The position numbers and the translations under genes are program-made. From Octopus vulgaris (taxonomy: Eukaryota), in NCBI GenBank assembly GCA_951406725.2, contig OX597818.1, positions 129,270,001 through 129,334,000 of the forward strand: 64,000 bases of DNA, read 5' to 3'. A model generated the notes under the pieces. The model was not told where the DNA came from, searched no databases, and saw only the letters and a program-made list of their open reading frames with translations. Positions 51,972-64,000 of this stretch are shown in pieces; within the stretch, counting starts at the first letter, position 1; each line of letters starts with the position of its first letter.

Positions 51972-52182
51972 TGGCAGAAACGTTAGCACGCCGGGCGAAA
52001 TGCGAAGCCATATTTCGTCTGTCGTTACGTTCCGAGTTCAAATTCCGCCAAGGTCGACTTTGCCTTTCATCCTTTCAGGGTCGATAAATTAAGTACCAGT
52101 TATGCACTGGGGTCGATGTAATCGACTTAACCCCTTTGTCTGTCCCCTCTGTGTTTAGCCCCTTGTGGGTAGTAAAGAAATA
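51972..52182 (+). mobile_element. Young S2 SINE following an S1 head fragment (51914-51968)
   Basis: CpG-intact S2 core and ..AAAGAAATA tail. Confidence 0.85.
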
Positions 52183-52333
52183 AATGTGTTGGCAGCGAAG
52201 AATGTGGTGGAGACAGTCATTAGTAAGATTTAGGGGAGATTTAACTGTTATATCTAGCAGGCTAACAGACAGACAACACAGAGGCATTTTTTTCAATTTT
52301 CTGGTATGCTTTACTGGGAATGTTCTACAGAAC

Positions 52334-52740
52334 AGGCGCAGGAGTGGCTGTGTGGTAAGTAGCTTGCTAACCAACCACATGGTTCCAGGTTCAGTCCCAC
52401 TGCGTGGCATCTTGGGCAAGTGTCTCCTGCTATAGCCCCGGGCCGACCAATGCCTTGTGAGTGGATTTGGTAGACGGAAACTGAAAGAAGCCTGTCGTAT
52501 ATATGTATATATATGTATATATATATGTGTTTGTGTGTCTGTGTTTGTCCCCCTAGCATTGCTTGACAACCGATGCTGGTGTGTTTACGTCCCCGTCACT
52601 TAGCGGTTCGGCAAAAAGAGACCGAAAGAATAAGTACTGGGCTTACAAAAAATAAGTACCAGGGTTGATTTGCTCGACTAAAGGCGGTGCTCCAGCATGG
52701 CTGCAGTCAAATGACTGAAACAAGTAACAGAGTAAAAGAG
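52334..52740 (+). mobile_element. SINE S1, full length, young
   Basis: Near-identical to 1-364. Confidence 0.92.
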
Positions 52741-53766
52741 AAGAATAGTTACATATTTTTTCAAAATCTTTAAGAGAGGTGTTGGTATGTTCGGAGAGCC
52801 ATGTTCATGATAGGGTTATGTAACTAGGTATGAAGTGTCATAAGGATGTGGGCTGATCTCTTAAGCATTTAATCAGCAGCTACTGTGATGTGTGCTGTAC
52901 TCTGCTGCATCAAACAAGAAGCAATATGCAGTAACTGAGGAAATCGTGAATGATTTAAAATTTAAAATCTAATATAGCTTTATCACCTTTGAATGAACAA
53001 GTTTCTTTAGTTAGCATCCGTGTAGCCTCCTCCTCATCCTTGTTCCACCACCATCACAACCACTACCATCATTATCATTATTATGCCACTACTGCCACCG
53101 CACCCCGCTCCCATCATCGTCATCATTGTCGTCAACATTTCCACTGTTGCTGCCACCACCACTACAACAACTGCCACCAAAACCACAATCACCACCACCA
53201 CCAACCAGCATCATTGTAATCCCAATCACCACCACCACTACCATTATAACCATCATCATTATTGTCAACATCGCTACCACTACTGCCATCAATATCATCA
53301 TCATCATCATCATTACCTTCATCATCAAGAACAACAACAATAACAGCAACAACGGTAATGAAATGATGCTGATTGATTATAACAGGAATGATTACATGGG
53401 TTTTTTTTTTCAAGATCATTATATGTTCATGATGATGATACTGAGGAGGAGGACGAGGAGGAGGCGGAGGAGGAGGGCAGTAAAGCTACCAGTGATGACA
53501 ATTATGATGATGACAATAATGGCAGACTTTTCTGTTTATTTTTTTTAATTTTTAATTTTTTTTTTTTTTTTTCTGATGACCATAATAGTGTAATAGATAA
53601 TGATGACGATGCTGATAATGATTGTGACAATGACGAAACATTGTGACAGCAATGCAATTAACACTTTTTGAAGCTGTTTATTAGTAATCTCTGACAATTT
53701 TGTTTTTGTCAGTCTAATTGAAACAATCATAAGCATCAGCTCTGTGTTTGTATACACCTCTCTGTT

Positions 53767-53805
<39 letters not shown>

Positions 53806-54532
53806 GTATACCTTCTTTTCTTTGTGTATATTGGGACAAATTTTTTTTCCAAGATTGTGACAACTGAATAATGTAATTTTTCATAAATTTCTAAATTGAA
53901 AAATATTTTTGTTCACACATCACATCACAACATTGCACATACATACACATACCATACACAGCACATACATACATACATACATACATACACATATGTACAC
54001 ATGCAAAAAAAAAAAATAAAAGAAGAAATTTAAAACATGAAAAAAAAAACTCCCACAAAACAAAATAAAAACTATCAGTTCATTCATATTGATACCTTTA
54101 ACTGATACACACCTCATCAAAAACTGAAAAATTCTGTAAAGACACCAAGGACAGAACAAAATACAAAAGTGATATAAAAAAAAAAGACATAAAAAAATCT
54201 AAAAAAAAAAATTTGTTTTTTAAATGAAATAAAAAGATAAATGGAAAACAATTGAATTGATATTCGTTTGCATCAGGTTGGTAAAATTGCAACACTGCTG
54301 TGACATATAAAGATTTACACTCGTAAATGTTGTTGTTGTTGTTGTTGCTGTTGTCTCTGTCCCCAACTAAAATAAAATAAATAAATAAATGGATGAATAA
54401 ATAAATAAAAAATTAGGCTGTCATTGTCAATATTCTTTCTTAATATGAGTCAATTGTGTTATGTGCTTTTTAACAGAACTTCTACGGCAAGACGCCTTTA
54501 ATATTCCTTCCTTGGCGAGTTCACTCATTTCT

Positions 54533-55935
54533 GAGCACAGCATAGGAGGAAGGGAGGAGGGGGAGGTACTGGCATTGAGGGCTTTAGGAGTAAGAGATGA
54601 TGATGAGGAGGAGGAGCAGGTAGTGGTGTAGAATGCTTTAGGAGTAAGTGGTGTATATATGGAGGAGAAGGAGGCAGTGGTATAGAGTGCTCTAGGAGTA
54701 AGAGGTGGAGATGTGGAGGAGAAGGAGGCAGTGGTGTATATATGGAGGAGAAGGAGGCAGTGGTGTAGAGTGCTCTAGGAGTAAGAGGTGGAGATGTGGA
54801 GGAGGTGGTGTAGAATGTGTAAGAAGAGGGTGAGGAGGAGGTTTAGAGTAAAGAGGTACAAGAAGTCTGGAGTGTAGAGCACAGCATAGGAGGAAGGGAG
54901 GAGGAGGAGGTACTGGTATTGAGGGCTTTAGGAGTAAGAGATGTGGAGGAGGAGGTAGTGGTGTAGAATGCTTTAGGAGTAAGTGGTGTAAATATGGAGG
55001 AGAAGGAGGCAGTGGTGTAGAGTGCTCTAGGAGTAAGAGGTGGAGATGTGGAGGAGGTGGTATAGAATGTGTAAGAAGAGGGTGAGGAGGAGGCTTAGAG
55101 TAAAGAGGTACAAGAAGTCTGGAGTGTAGAGCAGAAGGTGCTAAGTGTGACGGAGTAGGAGTAAGTGTAGAGTTCGTGGGAGGTGTCGGAGTATAGGAGT
55201 AGGGTGTGGAAAAGTAGACGTATGTAGAGACGTATAGAGAGTGGAGGAGTAGGAGGTGTAGAGAGCTGGAAGAATAGGAATGTAGAGAGTGAAGTATGAG
55301 GGTTAGTGACAGGAGGAGTAGGAGGGGCAGTGGATGAAGGAGTAGGAAGAGTAGGGTATGGAAGGGTATAAGGTGTAGAAACTAAAAGAGTGGGAGATGT
55401 AAAGGGTAGGGGAGTGGAAGGTGTAGAGGGTGGAGGAATAGGAGATGTAGGGGAGTAGGAGGTGTAGATGGTGGAGTATGAGGGTTAGTGTCAGGAAGAG
55501 TACGGGGGGGGGGGTTCAGCCAATGGAGGAGTAGGAAAAGTAGAGTGTAGAAGGTAAAGGAATAGATGTAAAGGGTAGGGGTGCAGGAGATGTCAGGGTG
55601 GGGGAATAGGAAGGGTAGAGTGCAGGAGAGTAGGAAATGTAGAGGGTAGAGAAGTAGGAGGTGTAAAGAGAGGAGAAGGAGGAGTTGCATGTGGAACATG
55701 GAAGGCGGATGATGTGGAAGAAGAGGTGCAGAAGATGGAAGAAAAGATGTAATGTATGACAGAGCAAGTAGGAGGTATGGAGAGCTTGAGGAGTAGAAAG
55801 TGTAGAGAGTAGAAAGGGTAGGAGTTATAGTTCACGGAAGTGTGAATAGGAGGTAAAGAGAGTGGCAGAAGAGGAAGAATGGAAAGTTGAGAAACAGGAA
55901 GAGACTTTGGAAACTGTTGTAATGTAGTGGTAGTG
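54533..55935 (+). repeat. G/A-rich, C-depleted low-complexity tract with an internal ~250-345-bp tandem duplication
   Basis: GAGCACAGCATAGGAGGAAGGG..AAGTCTGGAGTGTA occurs at ~54533 and again at ~54877. Confidence 0.9.
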
Positions 55936-56121
55936 GTGGAGGGGAGCTGTGGTGTATCAGCATCCACTCCTAAAAACTGCAAAAATATTGCAAGAGGAGG
56001 TTAAAGATCTTGAAATTTTCAAACCACTAGTAATCCACACACACATACACACTCACACATCACATGCATACGTGACAGGTTTCCACACATTTTCAATCTA
56101 CCAAATTTATCCACAAGGATT

Positions 56122-56612
56122 CATCATCATCATCATCATTGTTTAACGTCCGTTTTCCGCGCTAGCACGGGTTGGACGGTTCGACCGGGGTCTGGGAAGC
56201 CAGAAGGCTGCACCAGGCTCCAGTCTGACCTGGCAGAGTTTCTACGGCTGGATGCCCTTCCTGACGCCAACCACTCCGCGAGTGTAGTGGGTGCTTTTTA
56301 CGTGCCACCTGCACAGGTGCCAGGGGTGGTCCGGCATCGGCCACGATCAGTTGGAGCTTTTAATGTGCCAGCGGCACGGAAGCCAGCCAAGGTGGCGCTG
56401 GCAACATTCGGATGGTGCTTTTTATGTGCCACCGGCACAGAAGCCAGTTGGAGCGGTGCTGGCATCGGCCACATTCGGATGGTGCTTTTTATGTGCCACC
56501 GGCACAGAAGCCAGTCGGAGCGGCGCTGGCATCGGCCACGTTCGAATAGTGCTTTTTATGTGCCACCGGCACAGAAGTCAGTCGGGGCGGCACTGGCATC
56601 GGCCATGTTCGG
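56122..56612 (-). mobile_element. RTE-like tail element with five 61-67-bp tandem units, inserted in an S1 SINE
   Basis: Units start at ~56290, 56353, 56414, 56481 and 56548 (GGTGCTTTT(T)A(C/T)GTGCCA..). Confidence 0.85.
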
Positions 56613-56679
56613 ATTATAGAAGATATATGCTCAAGGTGCTTCATGGCGTGACAGAACCAAAATTCATGTGGTTGCAAAG

Positions 56680-56858
56680 TAAGCTGCCGGACGAGATAGT
56701 GAAGATGCCGACGACCGCTCGGTTCAAAGTCTCTCTTGACCAGAAATGGCCTGAACTCTTTGTATGACCACTCTCCCTGTACATAACACCCTGTCCCCCT
56801 ACATGACCTTGCTTCTGCTTTTTGAGCCAATAAAAATTGAATTGAATTGAATTGAATT
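56680..56858 (+). mobile_element. CR1/L2-like LINE 3' end
   Basis: KLPDEIVKMPTTARFKVSLDQKW matches the (WN)xLP..V...FK..LD motif; AATAAA and (AATTG)n tail. Confidence 0.75.
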
Positions 56859-57207
56859 AACCTTCTGAACCACACAGCCATGCCTGCACCTACTGAAAAA
56901 CAAAAAGAATTAAAGAAGAATACAAATGTCTGTACAAAGTAAAAGCATGCAAGTGGAAGGAATTGGTAGAAGAATACTGACGAAGATGAGAATAGAACTG
57001 GTAAGGTCTGATTTCAAGATACTCAACCTTACAATGGAATTGATGAAAAACTATAACAACTAGTGAGACATCAGGATAAAAAAAGGCCTCATCTAACCCA
57101 TGCCAGCATGGAAAACGTACCTAATGATGACAATGATGATGGTAATATATATCATACGCACACATACAAACATTCAAAAGAAAGAGATAAAATTTTAAAT
57201 GAATTAC

Positions 57208-57374
57208 AGGCACAAGCATGGCTGTGTGGTAAGAAACTTGCTTCCCAACCACATGGTTCCAGGTTCAGTCCCACTGCACCTTGGGCAAGAGTCTCCTACT
57301 ATTGCCTGAGACCAACCAAAGCTTTGAGAGTAGGTTTGGTTGACAGAAATTGAAAGAAGCCTGCCATGTGTGTG

Positions 57375-57410
<36 letters not shown>

Positions 57411-57839
57411 TCTCTCTATATATAAACGGCAGTTTGTCTGTGCGTGTTTCTGTGTGTCTGTTTTCTCGTACCCTCACCCTGACCACGGCTTTCAACCGAT
57501 TCTGATGAAACTTGACACACACATAGCCCAATGTCATAATTCAAAACTAACGCAGCGAAAATTTTGAAAAGTTAACCCCAGTTCTGAAAAAAATCGATAA
57601 ATTCGACATGGGGTCGAGAATCAAAAAAAAAACCACAGACTGTCTAGGGGACGCAACTCAACCTTTTTTACTCTCAAAAAAAAATTTACCATAATTTTTT
57701 TTCCATTTTTTTGCTATTTTTTGGCTATAACTCTCTAAAAATGCTTTATAGTTATTTCCCTTACAAACCTGAGCAACGCCGGGCGATACTGCTAGTATAT
57801 ATATATATATATGTATGTATGTGTGTATATATATATATA

Positions 57840-57925
<86 letters not shown>

Positions 57926-58146
57926 ATATATGTATATGTTTGTGTGTCTGTGCTTGTCCCAGCCACCCCACCATCGTTTGACAACCGATGTTGATGTGTT
58001 TACATCCCTGTAACTTAGCGGTTTGGCAAAAGAAACCAATAGAATAAATACTAGGCTTACAAAGAATAAGTCCTGAGGTGATTTGTTTGACTAATGGTGC
58101 TCCAGCATGGCCACAGTCAAATGACTGAAACAAGTAAAAGAATAAA
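57208..58146 (+). mobile_element. S1 SINE interrupted by a Helitron
   Basis: Head at 57208; tail at ~57940-58146. Confidence 0.85.
57411..57795 (+). mobile_element. Non-autonomous Helitron
   Basis: A|TC..TATATATAAACGG ... CCTGAGCAACGCCGGGCGATACTGCTAG|T. Confidence 0.85.
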
Positions 58147-58472
58147 AATTATCAGTTGTAGAAATGTCTCTATACTATTTTCTGCGCCCCCCCTTTCACC
58201 CCAATTTTATTGATATCTCTCCCCCACCCCCTGCTCCCTTCTGTCTAGTTGGCCCCGCCATGTTTCTTTATGTAGTTCTCCTATTCAGTACATATCAGTG
58301 AACAATCTGAATTCTAGATCGTTTTCGATAACCCGTGCCTACACACAAACATATGGATATACACAAGACAGACAGACACACACACACACATATATGTAGC
58401 TACAAAACGATAGGTGCATATACACAGTTACACATACATTTACTGAGTGCTTCACAAAAACACAAGCATATG

Positions 58473-58514
<42 letters not shown>

Positions 58515-59259
58515 AATATATATATATATATATACATACACACATATACATTCATATATGGACATACATTCATATATGCATAAACACACACATGCACATA
58601 CACACACACTCAGTGGACACACTCTCAGTGGACATACATTCATATATGCATACACATACACACATACACACACAAACTATTACACACAGTAAAACACATA
58701 TATACACAAGGCATGCATTCATATATTCAATCATACAATGATACATTACACACACATACACACTTACATTGAGTGCTACACAAAAATATATGCACATATA
58801 ACAGACGTACATTCATATAGATGTATGCACACACACACACACACACACACACATACATACACAAATACATATACACACAATTATGGAAAGTACTACACAC
58901 TAATATACATATACACACAAGACATAAATTCATAAATGTAGTCACACAGAGTTACATACATGCAAGCACACATATAAACATATACACAGACTGCCACATA
59001 TAAATACACAATGTCTGCATACACACAAGACATGCACACACACACACACACACACATACACACACTCACACATACTCACACACACTCACACAAAGAGGGT
59101 TACTGGGATGGCCATATGCACATGTATACCTCTAAGATGTTTATATACACAATCATACAAAAGTATATGCCTACACATAATATATACACATTTATACAAA
59201 TTGCTACATACACACACACACACACACACACACGCATGCACACACCTGCAAACCAGGGT

Positions 59260-59460
59260 GTCACCACCCGCAATGCGGAAGAGTGAAAAACCAATAAATA
59301 CAAGGGCTTGGCTGGCCACTATCAGCTTGTGTCAACTGCCATCGAAATGCCAGGTGTTCTAGGACCCCATATTACCAATTTCCTCTGCAAAATAGGGATA
59401 ATGGCGATCTGTCAGAGAAATGAGCCCATGGGGTGGAGTGGCAATGCTTTCAAGGTCATC
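59260..59460 (+). pseudogene. CRE-like RLE endonuclease C-terminal remnant
   Basis: AEE*KTNKYKGLAGHYQLVSTAIEMPGVLGP..FLCKIG..GNA fits the K..KY..L...Y.F...A.E..G..G...GNA pattern. Confidence 0.6.
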
Positions 59461-59530
59461 CTTTTTTCATTTCTTACTTTTCCTTTCGTATCTCTCTTTT
59501 TTTCCCCTATTTCTTTGTATTTAAATGTTA

Positions 59531-59876
59531 TTCTCTTTTACTTGTTTCAGTCATTTGACTGTGGCCATGCTGCAGCACCACCTCTATTCGAGCAAATCGA
59601 CCCCAGGACTTATTCTTTGTAAGCCCAGTACTTATTTTATCGGTCTCTTTTGCCGAACCGCTAAGTGACGGGGACGTAAACACACCAGCATCGGTTGTCA
59701 AGCAATGCTAGGGAGACAAATACAAACATACACACACACACACATATACATATATATACATATATACGACGGGCTTCTTTCAGTTTCCGTCTACCAAATC
59801 CACTCACAAGGCTTTGGTCGGCCTGAGGCTATAGCAGATGACACTTGCCCAAGGTGCCACGCAGTGGGACTGAACC
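59531..59876 (-). mobile_element. SINE S1, head truncated
   Basis: S1 body and tail. Confidence 0.88.
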
Positions 59877-60333
59877 CTATGTTTTGTTTAATTCAATTTC
59901 ACAACTCACACAACTCATGCAGTACGTAACACATTGGCTACAGAACACATAATCTACATAGTATAAACACTATACAATCACATCCAATAAAACAACACAA
60001 CTTGAGGAAAGTATATTTGGCATAATCACTGCCCAATAATATACCACAAACCACAAAGCACAAAACTCTACGCAAACAATATCACCTGATTAATACTATA
60101 ACGAAGGACGCCAATTGCACAACACATAACAATCTGATAAAAACACTAAAATAATCCCAGAAACAAGACAAACCTCACAACAGAACACAACAGAACAACA
60201 CTGACGTTGTATACAAACACAGTTTTATATTTCCAGAAGACAATGCTATAAACATCACAGAAACACAGAGGATTTGTGTCCTGGGAGATGCAGCAGAAAC
60301 TTGCATAAAACTGTTGAAAACATGAAAATGATG

Positions 60334-60394
<61 letters not shown>

Positions 60395-60397
<3 letters not shown>

Positions 60398-61432
60398 CTG
60401 AACAACCCGAGGGAAGTACGGCAACTATTGCTGCAAAGAAGGTGAAAATGATGGCAATGAAAAAAGCGCACGAGCAATTGGCTGATAGGTGGGAGGAGAA
60501 ACCTCTGCACGGCAAATATGTGACCCGCAGCAAACAAGCTGATGTTGACCAGAAGCAAACCCATCAGTGGCTGCAGAGCTCAGGGCTAAAAGCAGAGAGC
60601 GAAGGTTTCATCCTGGCTGCTCAAGACCAAAGCCTATCAACCCGGAACTACCAGGCCAATGTGATGAAAATGGAGCAGACCCAAAATGCCGATTCTGCAA
60701 CGACATGATTGAAACAGTGGACCACCTAATCTCTGGATGTAAAGTCTTAGCACCAGTGGAGTATAAATTAAGACATGACAGGGTTGGCCAATATCTCCAC
60801 TTGCTAATAAGTCGGCATTACAATATCAAAACTGCCGACAAGTGGTATAATCACCACCCTGAGGCTGTAACTGAAGGAGAAAATGTAACCATTCTGTGGG
60901 ACTTTCCAGTACATACAGACCGAACCATCAAGGCCAATAAACCAGATATTGTTGTGCAAGACCAAAACAATAAAGTTTGCTCATTGATCGACATGAGCAT
61001 CCCCTGTGATCATAATATCTCAGCGAAAGAGTTTGACAAGCTCAGAAAATATAAAGACCTACTCATTGAAATTGAGAAAATGTGGCATCTCAAGGCGGTT
61101 ACAATACCAGTGATCGTAGGAGCACTAGGAATGATCAAGAAGGGAACCGAAAATTATATGAGAATGATCCCTGGCTTACCATCCCTGCAAGAAGTGCAAA
61201 AGATTGTCTTAACTGGTACATCACACGTATTGAGAAGAGCATTGTCGATGTGAGAACTGTTGCTGCTCATGCATTTTAATTTAACTTTAAAAAAAAAAAA
61301 AAAAAAAAAATGAACGAACTACTGAGTTTGGTTTAATGGCCTACCAATATACACTATGAGTTTCTTTGCCCTAGGAGTCGGGATGACACTCGGCAAGAAA
61401 TGGAAGAAAATTTGAAAGAAAAAAAAAAAAAA
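60395..61432 (+). mobile_element. R4/Dong lineage A second copy (5'-truncated, frameshift near 60668)
   Basis: Nearly identical to 42911-43952; (TAA)n flanks. Confidence 0.95.
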
Positions 61433-61466
61433 GTAATAATAATAATAATAATAATAATGATAATAA

Positions 61467-61680
61467 GTGAGTTTAGTTTAATGGCCTACCAATGTATACT
61501 ATGAGTTTCTTTGCCCTAGGAGTCGGGAAGACACTCGGCAAGAAATGAAAGCAAATTTGAAAGAAGAAAAAAAAAAAAAATAATAATAATAATGATTTCA
61601 ATAATAATAATTTGCCCTAGGACTTGGGAAGACGCTCGGCAAGAAATGGAAGCAAATTTGAAAGAAGAAGAAAAAAAAAA
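61467..61680 (+). mobile_element. Two lineage A 3'-UTR-only fragments separated by (TAA)n
   Basis: TTGCCCTAGGA..GGGAAGAC.CTCGGCAAGAAATG is repeated. Confidence 0.88.
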
Positions 61681-61704
61681 CAATAATAATAATAATAATA
61701 ATAA

Positions 61705-62345
61705 TCAGAGACAGATGGGTTTATCATAGCAGCCCAAGATCAATGCCTACCTACAAGAAACTACCAGGTCAACATATTAAAGAATGGCAGTAGCCCAACA
61801 TATCGTGTATATCAACAACAACATGAAACCATTCAGCATGTTGTCACCATGTGCAGTCTTCTTGCACCTACAGAGTGTGTCAACAGGTATGATAGAGCTG
61901 CACAATATATTCACTAGGTAATTTGCAGAAACTTGAACGCCATGAAGCACCTTGAGCATATATCTTCTATAATGGTTCGAGGCCAACCAGTGCCTTGTGG
62001 AACACAAACCACTTCCAGTGCTTGAAAATGATCACATCTCACTCCTCTGGAACATTCAAACTGACAGAAAGATAGATGCGAATAGGCCAGACATTATATT
62101 GAAAGACTTCAGACAAAAATCATGCCTCATCATTGATATGACTATCCCAATCAATGTAAAATATCTGTCAAGGCTTCCCAAAAACTGAGCAAGTATCAAG
62201 ATCTTGAAATAGAAATTGGCAAAATGTGGAACCTGAAGACTAAAACAACACCTGTTGTCACAGGTGCCCTTCTAACTTGTTGTTTCTTGAGGTCTCTGGG
62301 TTAGACTAGGAGCCAACTTGTACAAATGCAAAGCAAAAGTCAAAC

Positions 62346-62348
<3 letters not shown>
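61705..62348 (+). mobile_element. Decayed R4/Dong lineage C fragment
   Basis: SETDGFIIAAQDQCLPTRNYQ..ISLLWNIQTDRKIDANRPDIILKD..KYQDLEIE, plus lineage C 3' UTR. Confidence 0.88.
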
Positions 62349-62410
<62 letters not shown>

Positions 62411-62441
62411 GAAGAAGAAGAAGAAGAAGAAGAAGAAACGT

Positions 62442-62770
62442 TTACTGCCATACCAGTGATCGTAGGAGCACTAGGAATGATCAAGAAGGGAACCGAAAAT
62501 TATTTGAGAATGATCCCTGGCTTACCATCCCTGCAAGAAGTGCAAAAGATTGTCTTAACTGGTACATCATATGTATTGAGAAGAGCATTGTCAATGTGAG
62601 AACTATTACTACCCATGTATTTTAATTTAACTTAAAAAAAAAAAAAGAACGAATTAGTGAGTTTAGTTTAATGGCCTACCAATGTATACCATGAGTTTCT
62701 TTGCCCTAGGAGTCGAGAAGACACTCGGCAAGAAATGAAAGCAAATTTGAAAGAAGAAAAAAAAAAAAAA
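62442..62770 (+). mobile_element. R4/Dong lineage A short 3' fragment
   Basis: IPVIVGALGMIKKG..RALSM* plus 3' UTR. Confidence 0.92.
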
Positions 62771-62890
62771 TAATAATGATAATAATAATAATAATGATTT
62801 CAAATTTTGGCACAAGACCAGCAATTTCAGGGGAGGGGGTTAAGTAGATTACATCTACCTCAGTGTTGAACTGGTCCTTATTCTATGTGC

Positions 62891-64000
62891 TGTGATGAGA
62901 GTCATGACGCCTCCTTGCGAGAGAGAGACTGGTCCGATTAAAGTATAAAGAGTAATGATTCAAGTGAGTTCAGAGTTCGGTGTTGAGTGAAGTTTGTGTT
63001 AGTTTGCAGTGATGTTGGAAGGTGTCAGTTGGTTAGTTCACAAGGAATATTGATTGTTGGTTCGTAAAGAGATTTGTTAGTTCGTTTCATTGTCGTTACT
63101 GTTGTCTGGTTATCTAATTTATTGTATGTAACAAATTATGTTACAACATATGGTGTCAAGGGTTTCGAAGCTCAATAACAATTTGTTTGTGATACAACTT
63201 GTTAAATAATGGATGACCTATTAGCTTCCATAGTACAGTGGCAAAAGCAACAACAAGCGCAGCAACAGGAAGGCAGTAGCAATGGTTATGGTAACAACTA
63301 CAACAACAGTTATTAGAGCTATATTCAAAGAAGTCCAAAAATGAGATATGTTTGTTTTCACCAGATGGCATTTTGAACTTGATTAATGAATTCAGTTTTA
63401 ACCCAGAGGAGGGTATACCTCTTGCATTGTACTACAGAAGGTATGGGGAAATTTTTAAGTAAAAATGCAAATCATGGTTGGATGAACGAAAATTGAGATG
63501 TTCAATCTATTAGGGCTTGAACATTTCTGTATTTTCATATTGCCCAAAAAACCCCAACGAAATTTGTTTCAAAGAAACAATAGAATTACTGTCTAACATA
63601 TTCGGTGATAAAACTTCTCTACTTAACACTTGAATGGAATGTTGGGATATAATGAAAAAGAGAATGATGATTTTATCACATATGTAGGAACAGTCAGCAG
63701 GATGTGTGAAAGTTTTAAACTCAAAGAACTTACGCCTGAGATGTTCAAGTGTCTTATTTTGATACAAGGCTTTAAAGCAAGCAAAGATACAGAAATTCGA
63801 GCAAGAATTCTTTAAATTGGAACAAACCAACTAAGGTCTAACCTTATAGTCCATGGTAGAAGAGCAAAGGATGCACTACCGACCCCAGAAGATATTTTTA
63901 CAAAACTAAACAGAAGAAAAATATTTTCAAAACTTGATCTCTCTGATGTATATCTACAAATCAAAGTAGATAAAAAAATATTCAAAGCTGTAAATGGTCA
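62891..64000 (+). mobile_element. Ty3/Gypsy (Mag-like) LTR retrotransposon, decayed, runs off the window
   Basis: Putative LTR TGT..ACA at 62891-63148 and PBS-like TGGTGTCA at 63151. Gag fragments FNPEEG..YRRY, LPKKPNEICFKETIELLSNIFG, CESFKLKELTPEMFKCLILIQG. RT fragment LPTPEDIFTKLN..FSKLDLSDVYLQIKV. Confidence 0.85.

Overview
AT-rich, microsatellite-dense eukaryotic DNA with no recognisable host gene. Almost all ORF-track entries are translations of (TA)n, (CA)n or (TAA)n tracts or of SINEs. The repeat families resemble those of coleoid cephalopods (Octopus); this is an inference from recognition, not a search result. The window holds: several tRNA-derived SINE families; at least three R4/Dong-clade non-LTR lineages plus a non-coding partner, all inserted in (TAA)n tracts and forming head-to-tail arrays at ~41-44 kb and ~60-63 kb; Tx1, CR1, CRE, RTE-like, mariner, hAT/piggyBac-type MITE and Helitron remnants; a decayed Penelope-like GIY-YIG element; and a Mag-type Gypsy LTR element at the right edge. 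The most notable signal is a set of unrelated short elements that each carry a minimal type-I hammerhead ribozyme (HHR) fold. One has a tRNA/Pol III head (8959-9200). One has a compensatory G3-C8 swap of the catalytic core (37815-37864). One has a U4C core (15386-15420). One is near-canonical (50165-50211). A relic HHR sits just downstream of the fossil Penelope endonuclease. Coordinates were read by eye and ends may be off by a few bases.
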